The translations under genes were made by a program, and so were the position numbers. From contig NW_027266264.1 of the NCBI RefSeq assembly GCF_022045235.1, positions 80,600,001 through 80,664,000 on the forward strand: 64,000 bases of DNA, written 5' to 3'. Each line of letters starts with the position of its first letter. Position 1 is the first letter of the stretch. Of the stretch, positions 25,690 to 38,089 are shown piece by piece. A model generated the notes under the pieces. The model did no database searches. It saw only the letters and a program-made list of their open reading frames with translations, and was not told the DNA's origin. Source of the DNA: Haliotis cracherodii. Its lineage: Eukaryota.

Positions 25690-26585
25690 TACAATGTCCG
25701 GGTTTCCCCGGGTATACATACGCTATCCTCTTCAGGCCTACAATCTCCGAGTACGCATACGCTACCCTCTACAGGCCTACAATCTCCTGGTTTCTCCGGG
25801 TACACATACGCTTCCCTCTACAGGCCTACAATCTCCTGGTTTCTCCGGGTACACATACGCTTCCCTCTACAGGCCTACAATCTCCGGGTTTCCCCGGGTA
25901 CACATACGCTACCCTCTACAGGCCTACAATATCCGGGTTTCCCCGGGTACACATACGCTACCCTCTACAGGCCTACAATCTCCTGGTTTCTCCGGGTACA
26001 CATACGCTTCCCTCTACAGGCCTACAATCTCCGGGTTTCCCCGGGTACACATACGCTACCCTCTACAGGCCTACAATCTCCTGGTTTCCCCGGGTACACA
26101 TACGCTACCCTCTACAGGCCTACAATCTCCTGGTTTCTCCGGGTACACATACACTACCCTCTATAGGCCTACAATCTCCTGGTTTCTCCGGGTACACATA
26201 CGCTTCCCTCTACAGGCCTACAATCTCCGGGTTTCCCCGGGTACACATACGCTACCCTCTACAGGCCTACAATCTCCTGGTTTCCCCGGGTACACATACC
26301 CTACCCTCTACAGGCCTACAATCTCCGGGTTTCCCCGGGTACACACACGCTTCCCTCTATAGGCCTACAATCTCCGGGTTTCCCCGGGTACACATACGCT
26401 TCCCTCTACAGGCCTAACAATCTCCGGTTTTCCCCGGGTACACACACGCTTCCCTCTACAGGCCTACAATCTCCGGGTTTCCCCGGGTACACATACGCTA
26501 CCCTCTATAGGCCTACAATCTCCGGGTTTCCCCGGGTACACATACGCTACCCAACTACAGGCCTACAATCTCTGGCTACCTCTAC
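25690..26585. repeat. Minisatellite, 49-bp unit (~18 copies)
   Basis: tacaatctc recurs at 25778, 25827 and onward. Confidence 0.93.
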
Positions 26586-26909
26586 ACGCCGCATCAGCAA
26601 TTTTCCAGCTATTCGCGGCAAGGATTCCCAGTGTACACGGTCCTAGGCCACCCTGTCCTACACCAAGCTTCATGCACAGCGTATTGCCTAGAGCCGTTTA
26701 AACGGTGATGTCTGGTGGACTCGCCCAGTAGGTTTTGACAATAACAACGCCATAAAACAACTGTATAGATTAATAAAAGAGGCAAAAACATGTCCACAAT
26801 CATAAGAAATCTCTGCTAAAAGTCTATTTCACGATTCTGACTATATCATATATGTTTGGGAATAGCTATGAAATAGTGATGATACCAGGTGTTCGGTTAA
26901 GGTAAGCGT

Positions 26910-27347
26910 ATCCTGCCCACCCAGGGCACCCGTACCACATCCTGCCCACCCAGGGTACCCGTCCCACATCCTGCCCACCCAGGGTACCCGTCCCACATCA
27001 TGCCCACCGAGGGCACCCGTCCCACATCCTGCCCACCCAGGGTACCCGTCCCACATCCTGCCTACCCAGGGCACCCGTCCCACATCATGCCCATCCGGGG
27101 TACCCGTCCCACATCCTGCCTACCCAGGGCACCCGTCCCACATCATGCCCACCCGGGGTACCCGTCCCTCACCCTGCCCACCCAGGGCACCTGTCCCACA
27201 TCCTGCCCACCCAGGGTACCCGTCCCACATCCTGCCTACCCAGGGCACCCGTCCCTCACCCTGCCCACCCAGGGCACCCGTCCCACATCCTGCCCACCCA
27301 GGGTACCCGTCCCACATCCTGCCCACCCAGGGCACCCGTCCCACATG
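26910..27347. repeat. C-rich minisatellite, 29-bp unit atcctgcccacccagggtacccgtcccac (~15 copies)
   Basis: Units at 26911, 26940 and onward; the minus strand carries regular GGG runs. Confidence 0.92.
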
Positions 27348-28216
27348 CAATGACAAGTCAGTTTTTTAAAAAAAACACGGCAATACACGGTATATGTCAA
27401 AATAGGGAATTGTATCGGACATCACACGGCAATGTGTACAAGTTGACCCAAATTAGTAAGCCATATTTCATCATTTATTAACATGAGATCGCCTGGAAGC
27501 CAAGCTAAAATAATAGTTTCAGACGAGAGTGTTTGTATTTAATTTCTGTTTGTCAACCGAAACATGATACGGAACTTGACCGACTGATGTTGAACACGTG
27601 GAATAGTTTCTCCAATGTAAACGACCATTAAACATCTATGTGGAATTTCCACGTGAATGTCAAACAGCCCATTCCATCCCCTCATTTTAACACAGGGTTA
27701 CAAAACACTTCTACTTATGCAAACCATCCTTTGTTTAGAGTCGATGGGGGCATGGATTGGCAGTTTACCTACTGGTAGCACCAAGGTGTTAACCTGACTT
27801 AGATATGTACTGGAGACAAACACACATGACATGGCCACGCTTAAACAAGTGAACGAATTACTCTTCTTTTCTATCCCTTTGTAATATGTTATCATCTGGA
27901 CCATATACTCATCAGCTACTGTATTCACGTCGACGTCAACGACAGCAAATAGAACCATCAGTCGCCTCGCGCCATGTCGGGATCTCGTGGTTAAGACCTC
28001 AAAGTGTTAAAAACGCTTGATGTCAATCGTACGTGTGATTGGCCCTTGAAGGGGTACTACGCCTTAGAACCTTGTTAATTAACCATTTACATAAGGGGTG
28101 TTGACGCTTGATGGGGTGGTTAAATACCCCCACTCTGGACTCACTGATCCAGTGACGCTTGGACCTGCATTCAGATTCTCTCGGATACCTCTTGGCTGTC
28201 TACTGGCGTATCGAAA

Positions 28217-31200
28217 ATGTTCTCCACCATCAACATCGGTGCCATTCTCGTGTGTGTTTTCGCAACCTGTGCACATGGAAAGAACAAGTGTAAGTGTCAT
28301 TGATTCTTCTTCATTTAATCTCATGCTTTTGTCATTGCTTTCCCATAACCTTACTTGTCATGGTAATTTCTTACTCCGGCATCGTAACCCTGAGTTTCTG
28401 GTGTGGACGAATGGGGTTTTTTCATAACACTGAAGTCTGGCGACCATCTTGCCCACAATATAGTTGTTGATAATATGAACGACACTGAACGAGCTCATAC
28501 AGCTTACGAAACGACCTGTGAAGATCCGGGGTAGAATAGGTCTTCAGCAACCAATGCTTACCGTAAAAGAGGCGAATAACGGGATCGGGTGGTCAAGCTC
28601 GCTGACTTGGTTGATGCATGTCATCGTATACCTTTTACGTTGATCGATGCTCATAATATCAATCACTGGATTGTCTGGTCCAGGCTCGATTATTTACAGA
28701 CCGCCTGCATATATCTGGAATATTGCTGATGCGGCCTTAAACAACAAACAAACAACAACAAACTTTACGAAACATACCGAATGCAAGGACCTTAATAATA
28801 CATTGTATTTTAAATTCAGATATTCATTTTATTAAAGGCCACAGGCCAAAACATGGCGTGTGTACCATACAATGAAGGATACGTTTTACAAATAAATTCA
28901 GCTGTTACAGAACAGTTCTGCTCTTGAAGGCTCTTGGAATATAACATGACGGAATTTAAATCTTGATAATTTGTGAAGCCTTTGAATGGCATTTAGAAGT
29001 GATACGCCTAAGGAAGAGAATTTATAGTTTAATGTTTAAGAGAAGATACTTACTCCTTCATCGGATGAATAAATTCTCTGAAGAACACTCGTTTGTATGT
29101 ACCTAAAAGAACAAGAAACTAATAAGACAACAAAGATGGAAACTTAACAAGGGAAGCCAACACTTAACAGTGGTAAATTTGTGGTTGCCAAAATGGCGGG
29201 TAAATGGTTGACCTGAACATCGAATTATATATACTATATTTGGCATATACTGCTTTCGAATGTCTTTTAAGTATGGACATGGAATTTTCCAGACCTACGA
29301 TATTGTTTAAGTGACAATGTGGGCATAATATGCATCAGCAACCTCATAGCTTGAAGATGAGTATAATATTTAAAAAATCACGAAAATTTGCGTCTTTATT
29401 TATTTCATATTTTGGCTCAAACATTGTGAGTTGACAAAACGAGGTTTATCAGATAATGTCTGTGTCTGTCCGTTAAAATGAAGGGTTCCAAGGTCGAAGC
29501 TCTGTTGGCATCATGGAAAGGAATCTCATCGGGGGATTTTTAAGGAATGTACCACACTATAAACTGCCGGGTGAAAAGAGAAGTATACACCCATGTTTGA
29601 TGGTAGCTAAAATGAAACAAACAAGAAATGGTTATTCGATGGTGATGTATTTGATACGGGTATTATAGTTGTGTTTTTAATCTTAAGTTTGCAGTGTTTC
29701 GGCGATTGTTTTCAGACGTTTTCATAAAGTTTGTAACTCGTTGGTGAATTCCAATTTTAAGTGGATATTCCTTTTGCCCGGCAATTTAGTCGACCTTATC
29801 AATGATAAAATATGCCAACAGATCTAGGATGTGGTTTTCCTCTAGGTCTATACACAGACATGATACTGTTGAAGTCCACGCACCTTGGACCGAGGGTAGC
29901 ACGGTATTACACGAGGTCACGCCCCATGAAATGACTTTTAGAGTATGAAGTTACAGTATTTAACACCAATCAGTGATAATCTATAGCTGTTTATGGAAAT
30001 CGGATTTTCAGGGGGAAGAGAAGATTAACGATGGGGATGTTTTAAAGATTTGTCAATAACTTTTGATATGGACTTTGTCAATAACATTAAAAACCGTATA
30101 AGCTCGAAACACATCTGTACAATTCACCATGCTTGGCTCTGGGGTACAAACGGTCAGTAACGAAAAACAACTTCTGTGAAAGACATACATGACAGGCTAT
30201 CCATGATGATTAAACATAAGGCTTTGGGTGCGAGCGTAGAGACTATAAGGGATGGGGTGTCAAGAATAAAATGACAACGAGGTCGGCAAAATTTATCAGA
30301 ACAATAGTGGTTGGGTGTGTGTGTGGTGTTGTTGGGTGGGGGTTGGGTTTAGGGTGGCGTTTAAGGGAGAGAATTTATAGATGTCATTTTTTTTATTATG
30401 AGGAACACAAAGTTTCAGAGTATATGATTACTCCTACATCAGGTGAATGACTGTGAGAATGTAATTATGTGCATCACTGTCATTCAATTATGTTGTTTAA
30501 CGCCGCACTCCGATCCTGTTAGTCGCCTCTTACGACAAGCATGGGTTGCTGAAGACCTATTCTAACCCCGACCTTCACGGGTCCGTAACCAATCAGAGGT
30601 GTGTAGGTATGTAGATACAGACGCTTCCAACAGTCATTCTTCCGGACTGAGTTGGTTTCGGACTAACTAGTCATGCCGAAGACCCGGGTTCGATTCCCGA
30701 CATGGGTACAATATGTGAAGCCCATTTCTGGTGTCCCTCGCCGTGATCTTCCTGGAATATTGCTAGAAGCGGTGTAAAACCATACTCACTCACTCGGACT
30801 AACTAGGATCACCAGGACGTGACTGAATCGAATATCATATATTGTTCTATATCTCGAGTTTGAGTCATTATTATTATTTACAGATTAAAATAAAAAATGC
30901 AGCAAAGAGGGTTTGGGTGATCCTGCTATAGTCCGGCTTGTTAGGCTCATCATCAGCTCAGGGCCCTTCCCCCTCTACACGCAGCCCCGACAGCGAATGG
31001 GACTTCTCCCAGGAAGCGCTGCCTAGTCGAACCCACCCAGAACTTTTCGGTGAATGTGAAGACTCTCCAACACTTACCCAGATTGTCAGAAGGGCTGTAT
31101 TCCTGGTAGCAAACCCGGGTACTCTCCCAATGTCAGTCAACAGATTGGGAGGTACCAAACCTAAGGCACCGAGAACAATGGGGAGTCGGACAACTTGGTA

Positions 31201-31436
31201 CTTGGGATGCAAGCGCGACATTTCGAATTTCATATTTGCCATGTTCTTCCTGAATCTTGTCAATCACATTTGTGTCAAAAGGGACAAAAAATTCAATGAT
31301 ATAAATTATTTCATTGGATTTATCAACAAGGACAAGATCAGGTTTGTTGGACTGGATACGTCTGAGGCTGTAAACGGGCCTATCCAAAAGAATTTAGTAT
31401 TTATCATTTTCCATGACGCCCTCTACATATTCAATA

Positions 31437-31490
<54 letters not shown>

Positions 31491-34400
31491 CATTCCTCTC
31501 TGCCATTTTAGACACAAGTCTGTGCTCCGGCAACACAGAGGAGATGAAACTCGTCGTCGTCCCCAACGAGGGGTGCATACTATTCGTGACGTGTAGAAAG
31601 GAGGAAGTCCACGGCCCTCTCCAGTGTCCCCCCAAGACGCTGTTCAGCGCGGAGCTCATGTACTGCGACGACGCCAACAATGTGACATGTGCCGATGTGT
31701 CAGACAGACTTCTGGACACGCCGAGTGAGTCCGTCGTACCATTCAACCATTGTCCGTACACCACCATTGTCCTAAATGAACCATTGTCCGTACACCGCCA
31801 TTGTCCTAACTGAACCATTTATCCGTTAACACTACTTTTGTCCTAACTGAACCATTTTCTGTACACTACCATTGTCCTAACTGAACCATTGTCTGTACAC
31901 TACAATTGTCCTAACTGAACCATTTTCTGTACACTACCATTGTCCTAACTGAACCATTTTCTGTACACTACCATTGACCTAACTGAATTTTTTTCTGTAC
32001 ACTACCATTGTCCTAACTGAACCATTGCCTGTACACTACCATTGACCAAACTGAACCATTGTATGTACACTACCATTGTCCTAACTGAACCATTGCCTGT
32101 ACACTACCATTGACCTAAATGAACCAATGTCTGTACACCACCATTGACCTAACTGAACCATTGTCTGTACACCACCATTGACCTAACTGAACCATTGCCT
32201 CTACACCACCATTGTCCTAACTGAACCAGTTTCTGTACACTACCATTGTCCTAACTGAACCATTGCCTGTACACCACCATTGACCAAACTGAACCATTGC
32301 CTGTACGCTACCATTGTTCTAACTGAACCATTGTCTGTACACCACCATTGACCTAACTGAACCATTGTCTGTACACCACCATTGACCTAACTGAACCATT
32401 GTCTGTACACCACCATTGACCTAACTGAACCATTGTACTCTACACCACCATTGTCCTAACTGAACCAGTTTCTGTACACCACCATTGACCTAACTGAACC
32501 ATTGTCTGGACACCACCATTGACCTAACTGAACCATTGTCTGTACACTACCATTGACCTAACTGAACCAGTTTCTGTACACCAACATTGACCTAACTGAA
32601 CCAGTTTCTGTACACTACCATTGACCTAGCTGAACCATTGTCTGTACACTACCATTGACCTAACTGAACCATTGTCTGCACACTACCATTGACCTAACTG
32701 AACCATTGTCTGTACACTACCATTGACCTAACTGAACCATTGTCTGTACACTACCATTGACCTAACTGAACCAGTTTCTGTACACTACCATTGACCTAAC
32801 TGAACCAGTTTCTGTACACCACCATTGACTTAACTGAACCATTGTCTGTACACCACCATTGACCTAACTGAACCATTGTCAATACACTACCATTGACCTA
32901 ACTGAACGAGTTTCTGTACACTACCATTGACCTAACTGAACGAGTTTCTGTATACTACCATTGACCTTACTGAACCAGCTTCTGTACACTACCATTGACC
33001 TAACTGAACCAGTTTCTGTACACTACCATTGACCTAACTGAACCATTGTCTGTACACTACCATTGTCCTAACTGAACCATTGTCTGTACACTACCATTGA
33101 CCAAACTGAACCATTGTATGCACACTACAATTGTCCTAACTGAACCAGTGTCTGTACACCACCATTGTCCGTACACCACCATTGTCTGTACACTACCATT
33201 GTCCTAACTGAACCATTGTATGTACACCACCATTGACCTAACTGAACCAGTTTCTGTACACTACCATTGTCCTAACTGAACCATTGTCTGTACACCACCA
33301 TTGACCTAACTGAACCATTGTCTGTACACTACCATTGACCTAACTGAACCATTGTCTGCACACTACCATTGTCCTAACTGAACCATTGTCTGTACACCAC
33401 CATTGACCTAACTGAACCAGTTTCTGTACACCACCACTCTCCTAACTGATCCATTGTCCGTACACCACCATTGTCCTAACTGAACCATTGTCCGTACACC
33501 ACCATTGTCCGTACACCACCATTGTCTGTAAACTACCATTGTCCTTACTGAAGAATTGTCTGTACACCATCATTGACCTAACTGAACCAGTGTCCGTACA
33601 CCACTATTGTCCTAACTGAACCATTGTCTGTACACTACCATTGTCTGTACACCACCATTGTCTGTACACCACCATTGACCTAACTGAACCAGTGTCTGTA
33701 CACTACCATTGTCCGTACACCACCATTGTCTGTACACTACCATTGTCCTAACTGAACCATTGTCCGTACACCACCATTGACCTAACTGAACTATTGTCCG
33801 TACACCACCATTGTCCGTACACCACCATTGTCTGTACACTACAATTGTCCTAACTGAACCATTGTCTGTACACCATCATTGACCTAACTGAACCAGTGTA
33901 TGTACACCACCATTGTCCTAACTGAACCATTGTCTGTACACCACCATTGTCCTAACTGAACCATTGTCTGTACACCACCATTGTCCTAACTGAACCATTG
34001 TCCGTACACCACCATTGTCTGTAAACTACCATTGTCCTAACTGAACCATTGTCGTACACCAACATTGACCTAACTGAACCATTGTCCGTACACTACCATT
34101 GTCCTAACTGAACCATTGTCTGTACACCACCATTGTCCTAACTGAACCATTGTCTGTACACCACCATTGTCCTAACTGAATCATTGTCCGTACACCACCA
34201 TTGTCTGTACACCACCATTGTCTGTACACTACCATTGTCCTAACTGAACCATTGTCCGTACACCACCATTGACCTAACTGAACCATTGTCTGTACACAAC
34301 CATTGACCTAACTGAACCATTGTCCCAACTCTACAATTGTCCTAACTCAACAATTGTCCTAACTGAATCGCTGTGCACACTCTACTGTTGTCTGAAATCA

Positions 34401-35270
34401 GCTATGCCCTCGACCTTTAGTGTCATAACTTAACCATTGCCCTTCTTTTACCATTGTCCTTTTTTCAACCATTGTCCTCACACTACCTTTGACCTAACTA
34501 CCTAACTCAAGCTCAACCATAGCCCTTACACTACTATTATCCTATCCCTACCATTACCCTACATGGGTCGTACATGGGTCGTACAAGTACTGGCAGATCC
34601 TTGTAAAGTTAAGCGAAGAGAGCTTTGCATAGCGATTTGCTGTAGATAACTAAATCATTGGTGCTCCGACCCATTACTATAACTATTGTCTAAGCATATT
34701 ACAGTTTCATGTTGCTATATACCTATAACATTTTAAATGTGTGAACTTTTTACATGTTATAACCCATGCTTGTAGATCCGGGTTAGAATAGGTCTTCAGC
34801 CACCCATGCTTGCCGTAAGAGGTGACTAGTATGCTTGTCGTAAGAGGCGACTAACGGGATCGGATGGTCAGGCTTGCTGACTTGGTTGATGCATGTCATC
34901 GTATTCCAATTGCGTGGAACGATGCTCATTGAATCGATCACTAGGTTGTCTGGTTCAGACTCGATTTTTTTTACAGACAGTCGCCATGTAGCTGGAATAT
35001 AGCTGAGTGCGGCGTTAAACAACACATAAAACATATTATGTATGAGATAAGCACACTGTGACTGACTGAACTGTTAACACATTATTATTCTCAGAGTGCC
35101 AAATGAAAGCTGTTGCGGGCAGCTGCAACAACTTCACGCAATGTGCCCACGGCAAGGTCTTGAACATGAACTGCGGCGAGGGCTTGATGTTCTCCAACTC
35201 CAAGCTGGTGTGCGACAACCCATGGGATCTGATCCCGGAGGAGAAAGAATACTGTAATGTCGACGTCTAG
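28217..35270 (+). CDS. Secreted two-domain chitin-binding type-2 protein, cluster gene 3, 153 aa: join(28217..28289,31512..31724,35095..35270)
   Basis: Exon 1 (absent from the ORF track) encodes a signal peptide: MFSTINIGAILVCVFATCAHG-KNK|gtaagt. Exon 2: YTSLCSGNTEEMKLVVVPNEGCILFVTCRKEEVHGPLQCPPKTLFSAELMYCDDANNVTCADVSDRLLDTP. Exon 3: KCQMKAVAGSCNNFTQCAHGKVLNMNCGEGLMFSNSKLVCDNPWDLIPEEKEYCNVDV*. Phase-1 GT-AG introns; 462 nt; AATAAA at 35457-35462. Confidence 0.87.
28516..28762 (+). mobile_element. Short retroposon family C
   Basis: Matches 6693-6950. Confidence 0.8.
29562..29786. mobile_element. Tc1/mariner-type MITE
   Basis: TIRs actgccggg(c/t)(g)aaaag and cttttgcccggca with TA flanks; second copy at 35714-35921. 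Confidence 0.7.
30381..30450 (-). mobile_element. Penelope-like remnant with a mutated hammerhead core
   Basis: Minus strand cacctgatgtaggagtaatcatatactctgaaactttgtgttcctcataataaa, homologous to 5482-5560. Confidence 0.5.
30672..30794 (+). mobile_element. 5'-truncated SINE family B with target-site duplication
   Basis: Flanked by the direct repeat tcggactaactag. Confidence 0.8.
30879..31436 (-). mobile_element. 5'-truncated, decayed non-LTR retrotransposon with restriction-like endonuclease domain (R4/Dong-like), inserted in a (TAA)n tract
   Basis: Minus strand reads VMENDKY*ILLDRPVYSLRRIQSNKPDLVLVDKSNEIIYIIEFFVPFDTNV...KY, then frameshifts to EMSRLHPKYQVVRLPIVLGALGLV. This is the PD-(D/E) RLE motif set. 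Both flanks are TTA repeats (30867-30878 and 31438-31490). Confidence 0.75.
31438..31490. repeat. (TTA)n microsatellite
   Basis: About 17 ATT units; produces the spurious poly-Leu and poly-Asn ORFs. Confidence 0.95.
31745..34365. repeat. Minisatellite, 34-bp unit ctaactgaaccattgtctgtacactaccattg(t/a)c (~75 copies), intron 2 of gene 3
   Basis: Units at 31877, 31911 and onward; begins about 20 bp after the exon 2 donor. Confidence 0.95.
34774..35025 (+). mobile_element. Short retroposon family C
   Basis: Matches 6693-6950. Confidence 0.8.
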
Positions 35271-35713
35271 AGACCGCCGTGCCATTGGCGGTGCTACACT
35301 ATACAAATGTCAAACGTTGGAGCAAAATGATACAAGCTGATTGGCAAAGACTCGTTCTTGATAAACAAAAATTGTGATTTCATTTGTCATACTGAATCAC
35401 TACTTCCCAAGATTCCCATTTGTATCCAGAAACTACAAAGTGCCACTGAGAACCTGAATAAACTATGAGAAACGACTTTGTTTTCATGAGATTCTTTTAC
35501 AATTTGCTTCAAGTATTTTGTCTCCACAACTGTAGGGGGAGGTTCGAAGTAACCATCAACTTTATTTAATGAAATGAAATTTTCATTATCCGGAGGGGAA
35601 CTACCCCAAACAAACTAATGTTGTTTTGCATAGAAAACGTGCACACAAAAACTATGGCTGGAATACAATATTACTTGTATTGTATACTCGCCACCACATC
35701 GTCCCAGTTAATA

Positions 35714-35921
35714 TACTGCCGGGCAAAAGAAAGTGTACACCCATGTTTGATGGTTGCTAAATGGGAAGAAATTATTCGATGGTGATGTTTTGATATGTGT
35801 CATTGGTGTGTTTTGGCAGTGATTCAGCGTCCGTGTTAAGCAAAGCAACGTTTCGATAACGGTTTAATTTAGATAATTGTTTGGTCAATTTCATGTGCAT
35901 AGTTTCTTTTGCCCGGCAGTG
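35714..35921. mobile_element. Tc1/mariner-type MITE
   Basis: TIRs tactgccgggcaaaagaaa and tttcttttgcccggcagtg, TA flanks. Confidence 0.75.
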
Positions 35922-36476
35922 TATATCAATGCACATCGTTAACAAGCAAAATGAAAGGGTCACAAAAACTTTAATTTGAAACCCATGTGGGCGCAAACAT
36001 TATTACCCCGGTCATATGTTCAGTGTGCACTCGATTTTCATTCTCAGCTCCCTGGGGAGTATACAACCCAAGGTGCTAGTGTTATTTCTCGTGAATTGAA
36101 AATGCCTTGTTGTAGTTGATACCCAGTGTATGGTGGGTGGTAGTAATCTCCCAAACCCTCTGCCTTCCTTGCGACTAAGCTTTAAAGTGGTGAGTGGGTG
36201 AGTGAATGAGTGTGCACACCAACAGTTTGCGGCGTACATTGTACCCGGGAATCGAACAGGATCACCTATGTGACGAAATAATGAGTTTTAACCACTGGAC
36301 TAACTCAACGCTTCCTTAAGATAAACATGAAGGTGGGCAGCTCTGGTTATTGGCTCATCTCAGGTAGATTATACTTGATATGATATCACTATTGCTGGAT
36401 CCGAGACACCCTATTTAAACCCTGTTGGGGACCTCTGTTGACAGACAAGGACAACCCATTGCGCATCTAATATATA

Positions 36477-36636
36477 GGGACGGTAGGGCAGCGTGGTGGT
36501 TAAGGCGTTCGCTCGCCACGCCGGAGGAACAGGTTCTAATTCCCAAATGGGTACAATGCGTGGAGTTCATTTCTGGTGTCCCTGCATTATAATGCTGGAA
36601 TATTGTTAAAGCGGTATAAAACAATACTACTCACTC
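36477..36636 (+). mobile_element. SINE family B (diverged)
   Basis: Matches 9817-9982. Confidence 0.7.
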
Positions 36637-38089
36637 TCTAATGTAAAGAGGCAGGAAAACCTTAGCGACAAATAAGTATAAGCTTCAGTCAGACATTTAC
36701 ACCATCAGGAGCAACATTGAGGTAAAGATTTTCATCTTCCACTCTGAACCTAGTGGACTCATCCCTGTGAGGCTTCTCCAATGCACACAGAACTGATTGA
36801 CTGATATAGAAGATTTAACGTGCGCTTTCCGACTACAGCGTATTTCGCACACGGACACACAGAACTACCGTGTGCAGCATTTATATTCTTCCGTCAGCCA
36901 ATCACAGTTCGGCTTTGGGCAGGCCAATGAGAACAAGTCTAACATTTGTGCTTAACAACAGGCTGCTTCCACACGTTGATTTCCGTTTTTCCAGACAGAG
37001 ATATGGTTTCGGCACAATGAAAGGGAGATTACTCTGAAGCAAGGACTTTCTTCAATGAGATTTAACATCCCGATTCTATGTAGCTTTATCACTAAAGACA
37101 AGCGGAACGCAGCGTAACCTGAGACATGTATTTGAAGAAATTAGGTCTAGCCGTAGAATTCTTCACCTAAAATTCAGTTTTGATTTTGGTTGAATACTCA
37201 GTTGATATTCATAACTATTTCCACAACTTATTAAACCTATAATACCCAGAAACAACGACTCGTGTCAAATAATGTCATGTGGAATAGGGATTGTCCCGTA
37301 GCCATCGATTTTTCGCAAGGGTCACGATGCACTTATCTTTGTACCAACACCAAGTTGAAATACAGGTATATTATTCCGATAATACTTATGAATTGAATGT
37401 ACTTTGAAAAAAATGATTTTATAAATAGGGCTACCACGTGCCACCATGATGTAACACCACCACGCCAAATCCAGGTGCACGTGATGACGCTTCGTTGGGT
37501 CGAAAGTATGAGCTGTTCTCTGAAGATGCATAATCAGTGGACTGTGTTTGAGACAGCCACAACCCTAATCCGTGTCCAAACCTATCCGTACTGCGAAGAG
37601 TTATCGGCGCATTTGGCGTACCAGCGAGGGTTTGTGACGCTGCTTTAGAGACGTTGAACCTAATCTCCTCAAATCCACACCAAAAGTTCTTAATCAGCAT
37701 GTGGTCAACATGTTTGTGGATGCTATGGGAAGTTCTCGGTACTCCTTCGTCAGCACTGACCGATCGACCGGAAGCGGTCTGTTGTCTTAGCCAATCGCAA
37801 ATTTAACTAAAAATCCCCTTGGCACATCTCAACCTCTGTATCGTGCCGAGGGCCCCGGGACGTGTGCAGGGAGGCACCAGCATGTGAGCTCGGCACACAA
37901 CGAATCCTGATTAAACACAGACTATCATAAATAAAATGAACCACGTGTCCCTCAACCTCAACAGACAGGGGGGGTATTTGACAAGAGCTTGTGGAGGGGC
38001 AACGAACTGAGACAAAACACGTTCGACGTTCAAGCATAAAATCGGCTGGCATCCACCAATCTTCAAGCTGTTCCCTGACAACGAGCAAG

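Noticed and set aside
24518-27369. Repetitive ORFs (RHAILND, THTLPSTGLQSPG, Pro-rich)
   Set aside because: They are translations of minisatellites that drift between frames and have no supporting splice structure.
30938-31813. 291-aa ORF with a poly-Leu stretch resembling a membrane protein
   Set aside because: It is an accidental fusion of antisense retroposon, (TTA)n microsatellite and the true exon 31512-31724.
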